From the NCBI RefSeq assembly GCF_009914755.1, contig NC_060942.1: a stretch of 64,000 nucleotides of DNA. One strand, written 5' to 3'. Below the pieces are notes generated by a model. That model was not told where the DNA came from. It did not search any database and worked only from the letters and a program-made list of their open reading frames with translations. Source of the DNA: the human T2T-CHM13v2.0 reference genome, Homo sapiens. The translations under genes were made by a program, and so were the position numbers. Below, piece after piece: positions 13,316-26,029 of the stretch. Each line of letters starts with the position of its first letter. The first letter of the stretch is position 1.

Positions 13316-13628
13316 TTTTAAATTTTTAGTTTTTTTTAATTTTTATTTCTTCAATTTTCATTTTTAATTGTAAATTGACACATTATAGTTGTATATGTTT
13401 ATGGGGTAAAAAATGATGTTATGATTTACGAACACAGTCATCAAAAGGGATGAAGCCTCAATTAGGAGAAATCAAGTTTTTTTTTTTCCTTTGAGATATA
13501 TTGCACTACATGGTGAATGTAGTAAATAGGAATGTATTACACAATTCAAAGTAGCTGAGAGTAAATTTCAACTACTGTCACCACAAAAATGGTAAGTATT
13601 TGACACGATGGATTTGTGAATTAGCTGA
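13316..13628 (-). mobile_element. L1MA (about MA8/9) 3' end with 5' inversion (13316-13436 minus; 13437-13628 plus)
   Basis: T-tail plus ttgacacattatagttgtatatgtttatggggta (minus), then gagatatattgcac...caccacaaaaatggtaagtat...aattagctga (plus). Confidence 0.82.
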
Positions 13629-13788
13629 AGAGTGTCTCTTTGATTCTCACCCTGTCTGCTGGAGCCTGAGATCCTGCCCCTTACTAACTCGTGGGCACGA
13701 CTATATTTTTATCTTTCCTTGGTCACCATTGGCTCTCTACAGGTGTTCTATATATATATTTTTTTGTAATTTATAAAGACAAAAGCAA

Positions 13789-14227
13789 CTGTTGCAGAGA
13801 TAATGCTATGTACAGAGTTAATCCTATATCATTTTCTTTTTTTCTGTGTATGTACAGAAAGACTACATTTTCCACCTGCCTTTCCTTTCAGATAGGTTTA
13901 TGACACAAAGTTTTGATCAAAGGGATGTGAGCAAAAGTGATGTGTACTATTTCCAAGATGAATCATAAAACCTTCTGCATACTGTCCATGTTCTTATCTT
14001 CCTGTTCCTAAGCAAATTTCAAGTTGATATATTTAAAATGACACTTTCACAAGTTGGAAAGTGAAAGTATTGGCATTGATGAATTAAATCATGGAACAGA
14101 TCTACCAAGGAAAGCTACCCCACTTCATCTAGATCAGGCTGTGACAGGACTTAAACATATCCTTTATTGTATTAATCCAGTTAATTTTATGGTTTATTCG
14201 TTACCACAAGAGAGACTGATTAATAGA
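13789..14227 (+). mobile_element. Old MaLR LTR (MLT1I/J-like)
   Basis: agactacattttcc...gatgtgagcaaaagtgatgtgtactatttcc...ctttattgtattaatcca...gttacc...ctgattaata. Confidence 0.6.
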
Positions 14228-14329
14228 GTTTACATTGGTAGAAATTGGGTAATTTGTTTGAAAAGCAATAAACCAGAAGTTAAAGAGTAAAATCATGAAT
14301 AAACCAGTTTTGTTCATATTGTTGCACTT

Positions 14330-14720
14330 CAGATGTTCTGAATGAAATGTATAACCTGAAGATCTGGGAATGGTACTCGAGTTTAATCAACAGGTCGAGT
14401 AAAGCCTGGATTCAATGACCATATTCATTATATCAGGTTGAGCAGTGAAAATTTTCTTGTGCTAACATAGAGCAAGGAATCCAAAAGCTTATAGACTAGG
14501 GATCCTAGAATATATTTAGAATAATGTGTTCTTTTTAAGCACCTTCTGAGGATACCTGGCAAGAGGACATGTCCTCGACTAAGTAATTCAGCAATACATT
14601 GTGAGATTTTCTTTGAGAAATTCTGGTGTCTGTCCTCTGCAGGCTGAGAATGGCAGCAAGCGATGCCGTCACTGGAAAAGGCTCTGTGATTTTCATGAGG
14701 ATGTGGGAGTTCATGGCTGA
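14330..14720 (+). mobile_element. ERVL-class internal (gag) remnant
   Basis: gaatccaaaagcttatagactagggat...aatacattgtgaga...ctgtcctctgcaggc...gatgccgtcactg resembles ERVL gag; no open frame. Confidence 0.55.
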
Positions 14721-14724
14721 AAGA

Positions 14725-14880
14725 AGGTCTGAACTATAATATTAAACAATTTGACCTAATTGATGTTTACGGCATTCTCCACCAAAAACAGTGGTGAACA
14801 CACTACTTTAAAACGTACATGGAGCATTGAACAAGAAGGTCAGTATTATTTCTAGGTCATAAAGTGAATCTTGACAACCT
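14725..14880 (+). mobile_element. L1M ORF2 endonuclease-region fragment
   Basis: aacaatttgacctaattgatgtttac...ctccaccaa...acatggagcatt...ggtcataaag. Confidence 0.65.
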
Positions 14881-15233
14881 TAGGAGTAAACTAAAGTCTA
14901 GAATAGTGTATATACTAGTATTAAATTGAAAAAAAAAAGATGCAGAATACTAAATATTTATTTTCTCTTGGAATTTTCACACAATTCTAACCTGATTACA
15001 TTGTAAGAAATTATGCTATAGCTAACAACTTAATAATAACACAGCTTTGGGCAACGGATAATTAAATTCTCCCTATACTGTAGATGTATTTATTGTTTAA
15101 CTATTTTTCACCTGTCTTAGCCCTCCTATTTAGACAATATTTTTTTTAAAAAAAGCTTTAAATATATTGCCTTTTTACTCTGTAATCAATATAAGTTTTC
15201 AAATAAACATTCTTTCTTGAAACAATATGACAT

Positions 15234-15316
15234 TTTACATTCTAAGTAAAGTTCTACAAATTCTATGTAAAATGTTTACTTTCTAAACATTAGTTCTACA
15301 AATTCTATGTAAAATG
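15234..15316. repeat. Tandem duplication, about 42-bp period
   Basis: agttctacaaattctatgtaaaatg identical at 15250-15274 and 15292-15316. Confidence 0.9.
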
Positions 15317-17039
15317 ACATGGGCAGCACCCTTTAAGCAAAATTTTCACTTGCCATGAACATTTATGATCAAAGAGACAGAGTTGGCCGGCAGCTCTCAA
15401 AACAAAGATGTGTATAATGAAAACATCCATCTCTTGTTATTCTAATGAGGCATCTTTTGCTGGTGAAATAACTGTCTTCTATAATTAATAGCTTAGGGAC
15501 ATTTTAGTGGTTGACAAATAGCTTTAAAACCTTGCAAGTACCTCTTAATCATCATATATAGCTGCTTAATGAAATTTTCTGATATTCAATGCTTGTTTAT
15601 CTATTCATATATTTTAGTTTCAGAAACAAGATGGAAAATAGAACTGATATGCCCTATTATTTAATTTATAAATTAAATGCGTATATCTGTTATGAAAACC
15701 AAAATAATGTAGTGTTTGTTTAGATAACAATTCATATTTTCTTATTACATGTTAGTTATGAAATAGATACCAGAACATGTAGATATATAATAGACAGAAA
15801 ATATTTGGGTAATGTGTAAAGCACGGAAAAGTATTAATGATAAAATAATAATATTAATTTTAGACTTTTTAGTACTAAGTACTTACATGTTTTGAGTTTT
15901 AACTCATTTAACTATGATGATGGTAATATATTCTCCACATTCTAAAGTTGTATTATGTATGTTCTTTGAAAATATTGACATACCTTAAACATAAGTTATA
16001 TAACACATGCTGGATCAAAATAGTCCATCTACATACAAATGTTTTGTAAACATGAACTGGCAATCGATGTTTTTGTTACAATGTTACATAAACATGTAAA
16101 AGACAAAAACATGCTCAGATTTTTTTTCAAGAACTTATTAAAATTACCTACTTCAAAAGTGTATTTCTAGGCCCTTAGCACAAAGCACCTGAATTGTTAA
16201 CTTTTCCATGGGAAATTAAAAATGCATAAATAAAAAACAAGCAAATCTCTGATTAAATAAATAAGCAATTAAATGTGACCAAAACTTAACATTGGTTATA
16301 TACAACATTTGGGAATGTAAAAAGGGACAATTACTGCATGTGGTAGATTTTGCTGTGGGTTGAATGTGAGCCTCTTAGGCTATCTTTTATTTTCTGCTCA
16401 TCTACTTCTTAACCCGCCTATATTAAACGAAAGAATTATTGCACTCTCAGTTCTAGATTTATCCCTCTGATTTTCATTAAATTTCTCTAGTTGGAAAACA
16501 AACAAGCAGAAATCCCTTGATCAATATATTTTCCCATCACTGGAGCTATTTCACATTTCCCAGCACCTTCAATTGTACCACTGCTTCTTGCACCATTTTA
16601 TATTTATGAATTAGAATTAACCCTGATGCTTCTTTGTATACCTCTTTGAATACACAGGCTAGTTATAGTCCTTTACATTTATGATCTTTTTTTGATTATA
16701 CCTTTACAAGCCTTTAAGCCTAAACTCTTCATTTCCATATACAAAACAAAGCATCATAATTTTGACCCTCTGGTTTTCTTTCTCACCTCTTTCTTCTGCT
16801 CCAGAATATTCTAAAGAATCACTAGATGATGGTTTAACCTTAAATAACACTTATCCATTTATATTTCTAGGAAACTGTGTGTGTTGGCTCTTTCTTGATA
16901 TTTTTGGAAAATAAAGAAAGACCTCATGAGATGGTAAAGTCAAAATGACACCCTTAAAATAAGGTAAAAATGAAAGCATCCAAACCTCATTTAGAAGAAT
17001 TTCATCTGATTAAAACCACCAAGAACAGAGAGAATAGGA

Positions 17040-19120
17040 ACTTATTCATTTATTCTAGGTTATCTAATTTGTTGATATATAAATGTTCATAGTATTCTCT
17101 TATGGATTCTTTCTATTTCTGTGGCATCATTTGTAATGTCTCCTCTTTCATTTCTGATTTTATGCATTTGAGTCTCTTCTCTTTTTTTCTTTATCTTGCG
17201 AAATGTCAAAGTTGTTTATCTTTTCAAAAAAAATCTAAGTCTTATTGGCCTTTTCTATGGCCTATCTAATCTTTATGTCATTTATTTCTGCTCTGATCTT
17301 TGTTATTTAATTCCTTCTACTAACTTTAGGTGTAGTTTGTTCTTCATCTAGTTTCTGAAGGTATAACATTTGCTCCTTTGATTCTTTATTTGATATCTTT
17401 TTGTATTAGTCATTTTCACACTGCTGATAAAGACATACCAGAGACTGAGCAAGTTACAAAAGAAAGAGGTTTGATTGGACTTACAGTTCCACATGGCTGG
17501 GGAGGCCTCAGAGTCATGACAGGAGGTGAAATGCACTTCTTACATGGTGGCAGCAAGAGGAAATGAGGAAGATGCAAAAGCAGGAGCCCCTGATAAAACC
17601 ATCAGATCTCTTGAGACTTATTCACTCCCATGAGAACAGTATGGGGGAAGCCGCCCCTGTGATTCAAATTGTCACCCACTGGGTCCCTCCCACAACACAT
17701 GGGATTTATGGGAGTACCATTCAAGATGAGATTTGCTTGGGGACTCAGAGCCAAACCATATCACTTATTTTGTCTTTTATGTAGGTATTTATCACTATAA
17801 ACTTCCCTCTTAAAACTGCTTTTGCTCATCCTGTAAGTTTTGGTATGTTTCATTTCCATTTTTGTTTGCTTCAACATTTTCTAAATTTCCTTTTGGACTT
17901 CTTCTTTGATGTATTGGTTATTCAGGAGCATGTTGTTTAATTTTTACGTACTTATGAATTACAACCTACCAATACTGAATTATGAAGGTATAGACAACTT
18001 GAACAGACCAATAATGAGTTAGGAGATTAAAAAGTAGTAATTAAAAAAATCTTTCATAATATAAAAGTCTAGGACCTGATGGCTTCCCTGCTGAATTCTA
18101 ACAAATATTGAAAATATAATCAAGTCCAATCATTCTCAAATTTTTCCAAGAAATTGAAGAGCAGGGAACACTTCCATAATTAATTTTACAAAGCCAGCAT
18201 TGCCCTGATACCAAAGCCCCATGAAGACATAAAAGAAAATTACAGGACAGTATTCACAATAAACATAGTCGCATAAATCCTCAATAAAATGCTGGCAAAC
18301 TGAGTTCAACATCACCTTAAAAGGATCATTTACCATCTTCAAATGAGATCAGTTTCTGGGATGTAAGAATTCAACACACACAAATAAATAAATGTGATAC
18401 ATAACATTAACAGAATAAATGACAAAAACCCTATGACCATCTCAATAGATGTAGAAAAACATTTCACAAAGTATAACATCCTATCATGATACAAACTTCC
18501 AACAAATTAGGTGTAGAAGGAATGTAACTCAACACAATAAAAGTTGTATATGACAAGCTCACAGCTAACATCATCTCAATGGTAAAATGTTGAAAGTTCT
18601 TCCTCTAAAATCAGGAAAAAAACAATAATTTTCATTTTTGTTACTTTTATTTAACCTAATACTGGATGTTTTAGCCAGAATAATTAAGCAAGAGAAAGAA
18701 ATGAAACCATTCAAACTGGAGAGAAATAAATAAATAAGTCTCTGTTTGCAGATATGATCTTATATACAGAGAACTCTAAAAATTTAACCAAAAAACTATT
18801 AGAACTAATCAATCTATTCAGTAAAGTTGCAGAATATAAAATCAACATAGGAAATCAATTGTGTTCTAATACATTAATGACAAACTATCCAAAAATATAT
18901 CACAAAAAACAATTCAATATACAATATTCAAAAAGAATAAATACTTAGGAATACATTTAACCAAGGAGATGAAAGATTTGTGCAATGGAAACAACAAAAT
19001 ATTGATGAAATAAATTGAAGAAGACATAAGTAAATGGAACCATATATCATGTTCATGGGTTATAAGAATTAATATTGTTAAAATATCCATACCACTCAAA
19101 GTAATTTACAGACTCAATTT
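17040..19120 (+). mobile_element. L1MA/MB ORF2 segment with inverted 5' part (17040-17960 minus; 17960-19120 plus), interrupted by a THE1 LTR
   Basis: Degenerate RT region on plus (ctgtttgcagatatgatcttatat, FADDM-like; ORF 18754 MILYTENSKNLTKKLLELIN); upstream ORF2 sequence on minus. Confidence 0.88.
17402..17763 (-). mobile_element. THE1 (A/B-like) solo LTR nested in L1
   Basis: tgtattagtc...agccaaaccatatca; TSD ctttt/cttat. Confidence 0.95.
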
Positions 19121-20806
19121 ACAAGCAATAAGAAATTGTGTTTTTTCTGTAACAATATATAAACAATAATCAATTGGAAATTTTACATTGTTTGTATGTG
19201 CTGGCAATTTTAGATAATATCATTGACTAATAACATTTCCTTGACTAAAAAATCTGGTGCTCTAATATAACATATTTATTACATGTAATAAATATGATAC
19301 AGTAGTATATTACATTTACATTGTAATCTGCATATATTATATCTTCGTGAAGATATTTTGACAAAAAACTTTGATTCAAAGAAATTTGATAGTCACAGAA
19401 TCAAGATCTTAGAAACAAAGACACAAACATTATTTTAATTTGTTGAGTTTATTGTAAAAATTATAAAAACCAATCACACTTTTATATTTACTTTTTTCTG
19501 AATTATTTGTACTTCTCTTGCTTTATGTAAAATAAAATTTTCAAAATTAAACTAATAAAACTGTTTTTCAACAATGATGACCAAAGGCAGTTTGATAAAT
19601 CTGACTATACTTTCTGTTCAACATGAATATGTAAAGAAGCTCAATTTTTCAGGAAATCATTGACAAATTTGCATAGTAAGTTCATGAAAAACTGTAATAT
19701 TATTTTGAATACTGTGTAACATTAATATGTAGCTATAAAGACTTTTATATTTAAAAATACAATTGTATGATTAAAAAGTATTGGGCAATTACTTTTATCT
19801 TCCTGTATGTTCTGTGGTTTTTACCTTTTATCTTTATTTTCTTCTTTCTTCTTGCTATTGGAATGATTATTAGTACAAATTTTAATACAAATATTTATCA
19901 CCATCTGCATTTTGTTTTCAGCTACTATTTGTTAAAAGTTTATGCTTTTTATTTTCCTTTTGCTAATAAAGGTAGGATACATTATTAAATTATTTACTGT
20001 TAGTGGCAAATACACTAAGTAAAATATCCCATCTCATTTTCTGTCAAAGGCAACAAAATTTTGTCTATATAATTATGTCTGTTCTACATTTAATTAATTT
20101 TGACTATTTATTTTTCATTGTATTTTTCACTTTTCTACCCTGTCCTAATAAAATGAGCCATTCATTTTTTCAATGTTACAAGCAAGAAACAATAAACATA
20201 ACAAAACATCTACTATATAAATTCAGATAAAAAGTTCCTGTGAAAATTGTCCCCATGTACTATTACTATTTAGTTATTCTTCCTTTTACTGATTTCTTGG
20301 CAGCCTAAACTTATAGATCTGAATGATACTAAAAGCTTCAAATAACACTTGTAAATATCCATCTCTAGATTGTTGAGATAGATAATGGTATGTTTCAAGC
20401 ATGGAAATGTCAATTAAATGAACCTACAGTTGAATCAATAAATGAATGAATAATTTACTCTCTTTGACTCCAAACAAATGTATACTTTCTTGTTCCCAAC
20501 CTCATAATACACAAGATGTAAGTAAAATAATCTCTGAAAATTCTTTACGTTAGAAACTGGAATAGTATTTACTTCTTATTTGCTGTAGAGTTGTTGTTGT
20601 TTTTTTTAATCTCAATCTATCTTTCACTATAACACACCTTATGTTTTCTTAATACAGAATGTCTTATATTTTAATTATATGTGGACATATATATTTTCCA
20701 TCAAATTAGGAGAGTAAAAAATATATTTTGCTGCATTATTTCCTTTAAAATGAAAACAATAAATAATAAAATAGGGTCCTATAAAATATTTCATAACTAG
20801 CTGTAC

Positions 20807-21139
20807 AGTATCTTACTCCATTTTGTGATGGTATAACGGAATTCCTAAGACTAGCTAATTCATAAAAAGTAGAAATGTATTTCTCATCGTTATGGAGGCT
20901 GGGAATTACAAAATTAAGGTGCTGCCTTTTGGTGAGAGCTTTCTATCTGTGTCCTCACGTGGCGGAAGGCAGAAGGGCAAGAGAGAGGAAACCCACTTCC
21001 AAAAATCATTTCATCGTGGCATTAATTCCTTCATGAGTGTGGAGACTGCATGAACTAAAAACCTTTCAAAGTACCCCACTTCTCAACATTTTACATTGGG
21101 GATGAAATTTTCAACACATAAATCATTCAGACCATAGCA
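20807..21139 (-). mobile_element. MaLR LTR (MSTD/MLT1A-like)
   Basis: gaaatgtatttctcat...ggaggctgggaa...cctcacgtggcggaaggcagaagggcaagagaga...attcagaccatagca. Confidence 0.85.
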
Positions 21140-21559
21140 AATTTTATAAGCCAGCTATTTTTTTAAATCATATTCTGAGATTTTTTTTCTCTTCTCCTAC
21201 AATGCTTTTATCTATAGCTGTAATAATATAACTTTTTAGTGATTTTCTTCAACCTGTATTTGCAGTTCTTCTCCTTTCTGGCCTGACTCGCTATTCTTGG
21301 AAATAATTCATACTGTAATTTTCCTCTCCCAACTTGTAAATTCTTTGTATACTATAACTGTATCTCATCTTTACAAGTATTATATTTATAGCATGTGCTA
21401 TTTTAAACTATAATAGTTAATAAGAAGATTACAGATATTTAACTTGGATTTAAGGCCTATACCCAAAGAGTAACTCTAAAATTTCTAGTTATTTGACTCA
21501 AAGTTCCACATCTCAGGCACCTATGGACCATACTGAAAGAGATAACTCTCCTGTCATTA

Positions 21560-22090
21560 AAGATGCAGGAAGTAGAAAGGAAGATGGAATAAAAAATAAT
21601 TGAAGAAATATAGATGAAAATTTCCCCAGTTTGGAAAACACAAACTCACAAATTCAAGCAACTGAGCAAACCTCAAATGGTATCAAGACACGTCATAGTT
21701 AAATTCTGAAAATTAAAGATTATAAAATATTTCTGAAAGCAGTGAGAGAGAAATGATATTTTTCTCATTGTGAAAAAACAATTTGAATGACAATGAACTT
21801 TTTATCAGAAACTGTAGAGGATATAAGTAACTGGTACAACTGTTTTCAAGTGCTGAAAGAAAATAACTGTCAACCCAGAATTCTATATCCAGCAAAAAAT
21901 ATCTTTCAGGAATGAAGGTGAAATCAAAATGTTCTCATACAAGGCAAAAACAAGAGGAATTTTTGACTAGCAGAGTTACCCTAAAAGAATTAGTGAAAAA
22001 AAAATCCCATAATATATAGAAAAGGATATGAGGAGGAATATTGGGTGGTCAAGAAGGAAGAAAGAACAAGAACATGTAAAAATATAGAAG
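21560..22090 (+). mobile_element. L1M ORF1 C-terminal remnant
   Basis: tgaagaaata...gaaaatttcccc...aagtgctgaaagaaaataactgtcaacccagaattctatatccagcaaaaa. Confidence 0.85.
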
Positions 22091-22496
22091 CTACGTCTGG
22101 AGATGGAGATATCAGTTTTCTTGAATCATTGAATAAATAAAAGCTAAAAACCCATTAGTAGTAATATCTAAAGACTGTAATACCATTATTTCTTTTGCAT
22201 AAAATCTGACCACCCTACCTACCTTGAAGAAAATGTAGGAAACTCTACCCCTGAGCACATAGTGTAATGCACAAATAGAGCTGTTTCTGAAACAAGTAAG
22301 TTGACCCCCATGATGTTTTGAATCATGCAGGATATATTACCACAGGATGGGGTCAGAAAGGATGTGGTATATACTCTATAAAATTCTGGAATCACCTTGG
22401 GATGAGGAAGCATACCTTTTGATGTCTGCTATCACAAACAACATCTCTAGTGATCCTATTGTTATACCATCGATTTAAACTTTAAGTCACCAGTGG

Positions 22497-22538
22497 TGTT
22501 TTGTTTTGTTTTGTTTTGTTTTGTTTTGTTTTGTTTTT
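22497..22538. repeat. (TTTTG)n microsatellite
   Basis: Read directly from the sequence. Confidence 0.95.
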
Positions 22539-23299
22539 GAGAGGGCTTTGACCGTTCTGGCTGGATTTGAAATTCTGACTTTCCACTCACACTAGCTATG
22601 CGATTTCTGTAGAAGGACATATTTCTGAGCCCTTTTGCCTTTCTATAAAATAAAAAAAAAATGTAACATAGCAAATATCTAACATTGGTCAAATGGTAAA
22701 TAAATAATTGAACAATTATATGTAATGAACTGGTACACAATGAGTGTCTAAAACACACTGACTAGGAGACTGAGGAGAAAGAAAGAAGAAGAGGAAGAAA
22801 GAAGAAGAGGGAGAAAAAGAAGACTTTCCCCTATCACTGGAAACAAAAGCTATCCAATTTAGGTATTATTCCAGTTTTCTTTCATCTCGTTGTAACTTTA
22901 AATTCTTTTGCAATTTGTGCTTCTTGGCACCTTCGTTAGAAATTATGAGCGGTGATAAAAGTGTTGTACAACATTTCATATTCAACTAGTTATCACCCCG
23001 TTTCTTCATGACTCCTCATATTTAAAGTATATTTTTATTAGGTCAAAAATTAAAGAATTGATTATCAGAGACACATTAAACAAGGATACATACATGGAAT
23101 AGTACAGCTAGAAGGGATCTGAAACTCTATTCAGATCCCATTTGTCATAATCCTGTCGATTAGAAAGCTAAGGCCTTTAGAAGGAAAAGGGCTTATCCAC
23201 AGTCATAAGATGGTCAGACTCCCATTAGAGTGATGACTAATGACAGGGTTATAATAGGTTTCACTGCTTGTAAGGTGTTAAAGTTTAACATATAAGAAA

Positions 23300-23500
23300 C
23301 ATATGCTCTGAGATCAGATTGCCTTGCTATAAAATGTCATTTTTTTTATGATACAGCTATAAAAATGTGTGGAACTTTCTGTGCCTTGGTGTGCTCATCT
23401 GTGAAATGGAGATGATATGGATCTTGCATCGTGGGTTGTAATGCTGAGTTAGTATGCACATGTGAATCACTGCAATTCCTGAGAGGTAGCAAATATCAAC
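23300..23500 (+). mobile_element. MIR SINE
   Basis: Core ctgtgccttggtgtgctcatctgtgaaatggagatgat...gggttgt; another MIR-like piece at about 23105-23230. Confidence 0.7.
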
Positions 23501-23864
23501 TGTGGCGACTATTACCAGTACTACCATGAATGATTGACCACCTTCAATTCAATTTGATATGCAAATATGAAAATAATTACAGCAAAGAGAAATATACTCA
23601 ATTAAGCATAAAAAATATGAAAGAATATATAATGAAAATACCTTAAAGTGCATGCTGAAGGCACTTGAAGTACACTGCTATAATGGACTTACCTTGTACA
23701 CAAATCAGTGTAATATTGTTTGAAATAGATGGTAACATATTAAATGAATATGATATATATTTATCATATATATTTTAAAGTATAACTATATATAGATATA
23801 TATCCAATATCTATTGTCTATGTCAATATCTACATCTTTAGTTTTCTATATCTATCTATAACAT

Positions 23865-24350
23865 ACCCTCACTATTCATATATTTGGATTTGTAAATTTG
23901 CCTATTTGCTAAAAATTATTTTTAACAACATGGCATGAACCCGGGAAGCGGAGCTTGCAGTGAGCTGAGATCGTGCCAATGCACTCCAGCCTGGGCCACA
24001 GAGCGAGACTCTATCTCAAAAAAAAAAAAAAAAAAAAAAGAAAAAAATTATTTGTAACAACAAACTCAGTACTGCTTGCACTTTCATGGTTGTTTCCAGA
24101 TAAGCTCAGAGTGGCAAAGCATTCCCAGCTGGGGTTGATCAAGATGCTGCTCTGCCTTCTGCTTCAGCTCTTGTACCTGTCATACAGAAATGACCAAAGC
24201 AAGGGCACAGTAGGTGTGCATAGTGTGGTGAAGTGCAAGAAAACCTGGCTCTGGGTCTGGTTAGATCAGATTTGAATCCCAACTCTGGCACTCCTTATTG
24301 GGAACACTTCTACTAAGTCACATAACACTTCTGAATCTCCTTTTCCCCTT
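23865..24350 (+). mobile_element. MER6-family (TcMar-Tigger) DNA transposon remnant
   Basis: aatttgcctatttgctaaaaattatttgtaac...ttcccagctggggttga...ctctgccttctgcttcagctct matches the MER6 left part. Confidence 0.7.
23931..24042 (+). mobile_element. 5'-truncated AluY with 20-bp TSD
   Basis: tggcatgaacccgggaagcggagcttgcag plus poly(A); TSD aaaaattattt(t/g)taacaaca at 23911-23930 and 24043-24062. Confidence 0.95.
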
Positions 24351-26029
24351 TATTATATAAAGACAATGTGTAAATGCAGGGTTTATGGATCAGATAAGTT
24401 ATTATTCTTTCCAGAGTATTCAAGGTTATAGTAACATAAATGTAGGTATTCAACAACAGCGTAAGGACAGGTTCCTTTGGAACTTAACGCTAATGGTGTT
24501 GAAATCATTTTTCACTTAGTACTGAACTGAAACGTTCGAAGTAAATCTTTGAGTGCCATTTCCCTGATGGAATGCTGATGTCACAAAAAAATGTGTTTCT
24601 CTGCAATGTCACATTAAATATCATTTCCAAAATCTTTTATAGACTTAGGCCAATATTGAATTGAATGAATGATCAATTTTAGTAATCTAGATAATATCTA
24701 AATAGATTAAAGTAATAAAGATAAAATATGCAAAAGCACTAGACCACAATACATCAGTTTTTATTTGTATATTTTTGCCTATTAAAATTATATTTACTTT
24801 TACTACATCCCCAATTAAGACAGTAAATTCAATATATGATGTGCTTATAATATGCTAATAAGGTTAATTACATTTTAATGCTGAAATTGAGAATTTTAAA
24901 TAATATAGATTTCTTGCTATAAATTTGAAAGTGTGTTTTTAAACACACACAAGGGCATGTTAAATTCATTATACCTAAGATATTTAGAAATGGTTAACAG
25001 AAAATAATTACTTTAAATGAGGAAACAGTTAATACTTTGGATGAGGAGAGAATCAATTCTTTAAATAAAAAATCTTTAGACTACACAGTCTGCTCTTAAC
25101 AACCAATAAAAATATTTATTTGTTTATTATATCCAGATTGTAGAGATTTCTTCCCAAGAGAGCCCATTAACACTTCAGTTTTTTTCTGACACTTGAATCA
25201 ATAAAAAAGTAAAAGAAAACCAGAGAAACAATAGAATATTCACTTTCAGATAAGCTAACTTTCCTAATTATTATCTAAATTTTCTATTATAGTTACTACC
25301 AAGTGTTCTTATTTGGGTTAATAATACAGTCCATGCTGTGACCACTTTGTTTCTGGAAGCCTATGTTCATATTTAATTCTCTTTTATCAAGGCTCAAAGT
25401 CTTGAACCTCGGGCTCAAATTCAGAAAAATAAATCATTCAAAACACTCTGTAGACCCCTACTATTTTTGGCATTTCCTTGATCATTGGATAGCACAAAGC
25501 TCACTCCGTCCGCCAAGAATCCATAATATGAAACGCATGAGTTATAGATGCTAGAAATAATTAGATTAGTTCAATAGTCTCCACCGTTTTAACTGACTTA
25601 ACATTATTGGAAGAGCATCTCATTTATCAAGTCTATAAATTAATATTATTGAGAGTTCACCACGTCACAAACTCATGACTCCTTGGCTTTATTTTTTAAG
25701 TCAAATATTCCCTAAGCATAAAACACATTAAATGTGACTTTTGCAGGGCTGATCTCTGCATACATGTAATGACTTTCCTAGACTTCCTAAATTTCTGAGA
25801 AAATTTGTTGTTTTACCACCAAAGAATAATAGGAAAATAATGGCATTAAGTATATCACCAATGAAACTCTCCATTAAATGTGGCAGAAGAATGTGGGAAC
25901 AGCTGCTGAAAAAGGTGTGGTTTTCTTCAGGTTTTTACATTTTTTGCACATTCCAATTCATAAATAAATACAAAAATTTGGCACAATCTAAGCATTATGA
26001 ACTCTCCTAAACAACATGTGAAATTTTCC

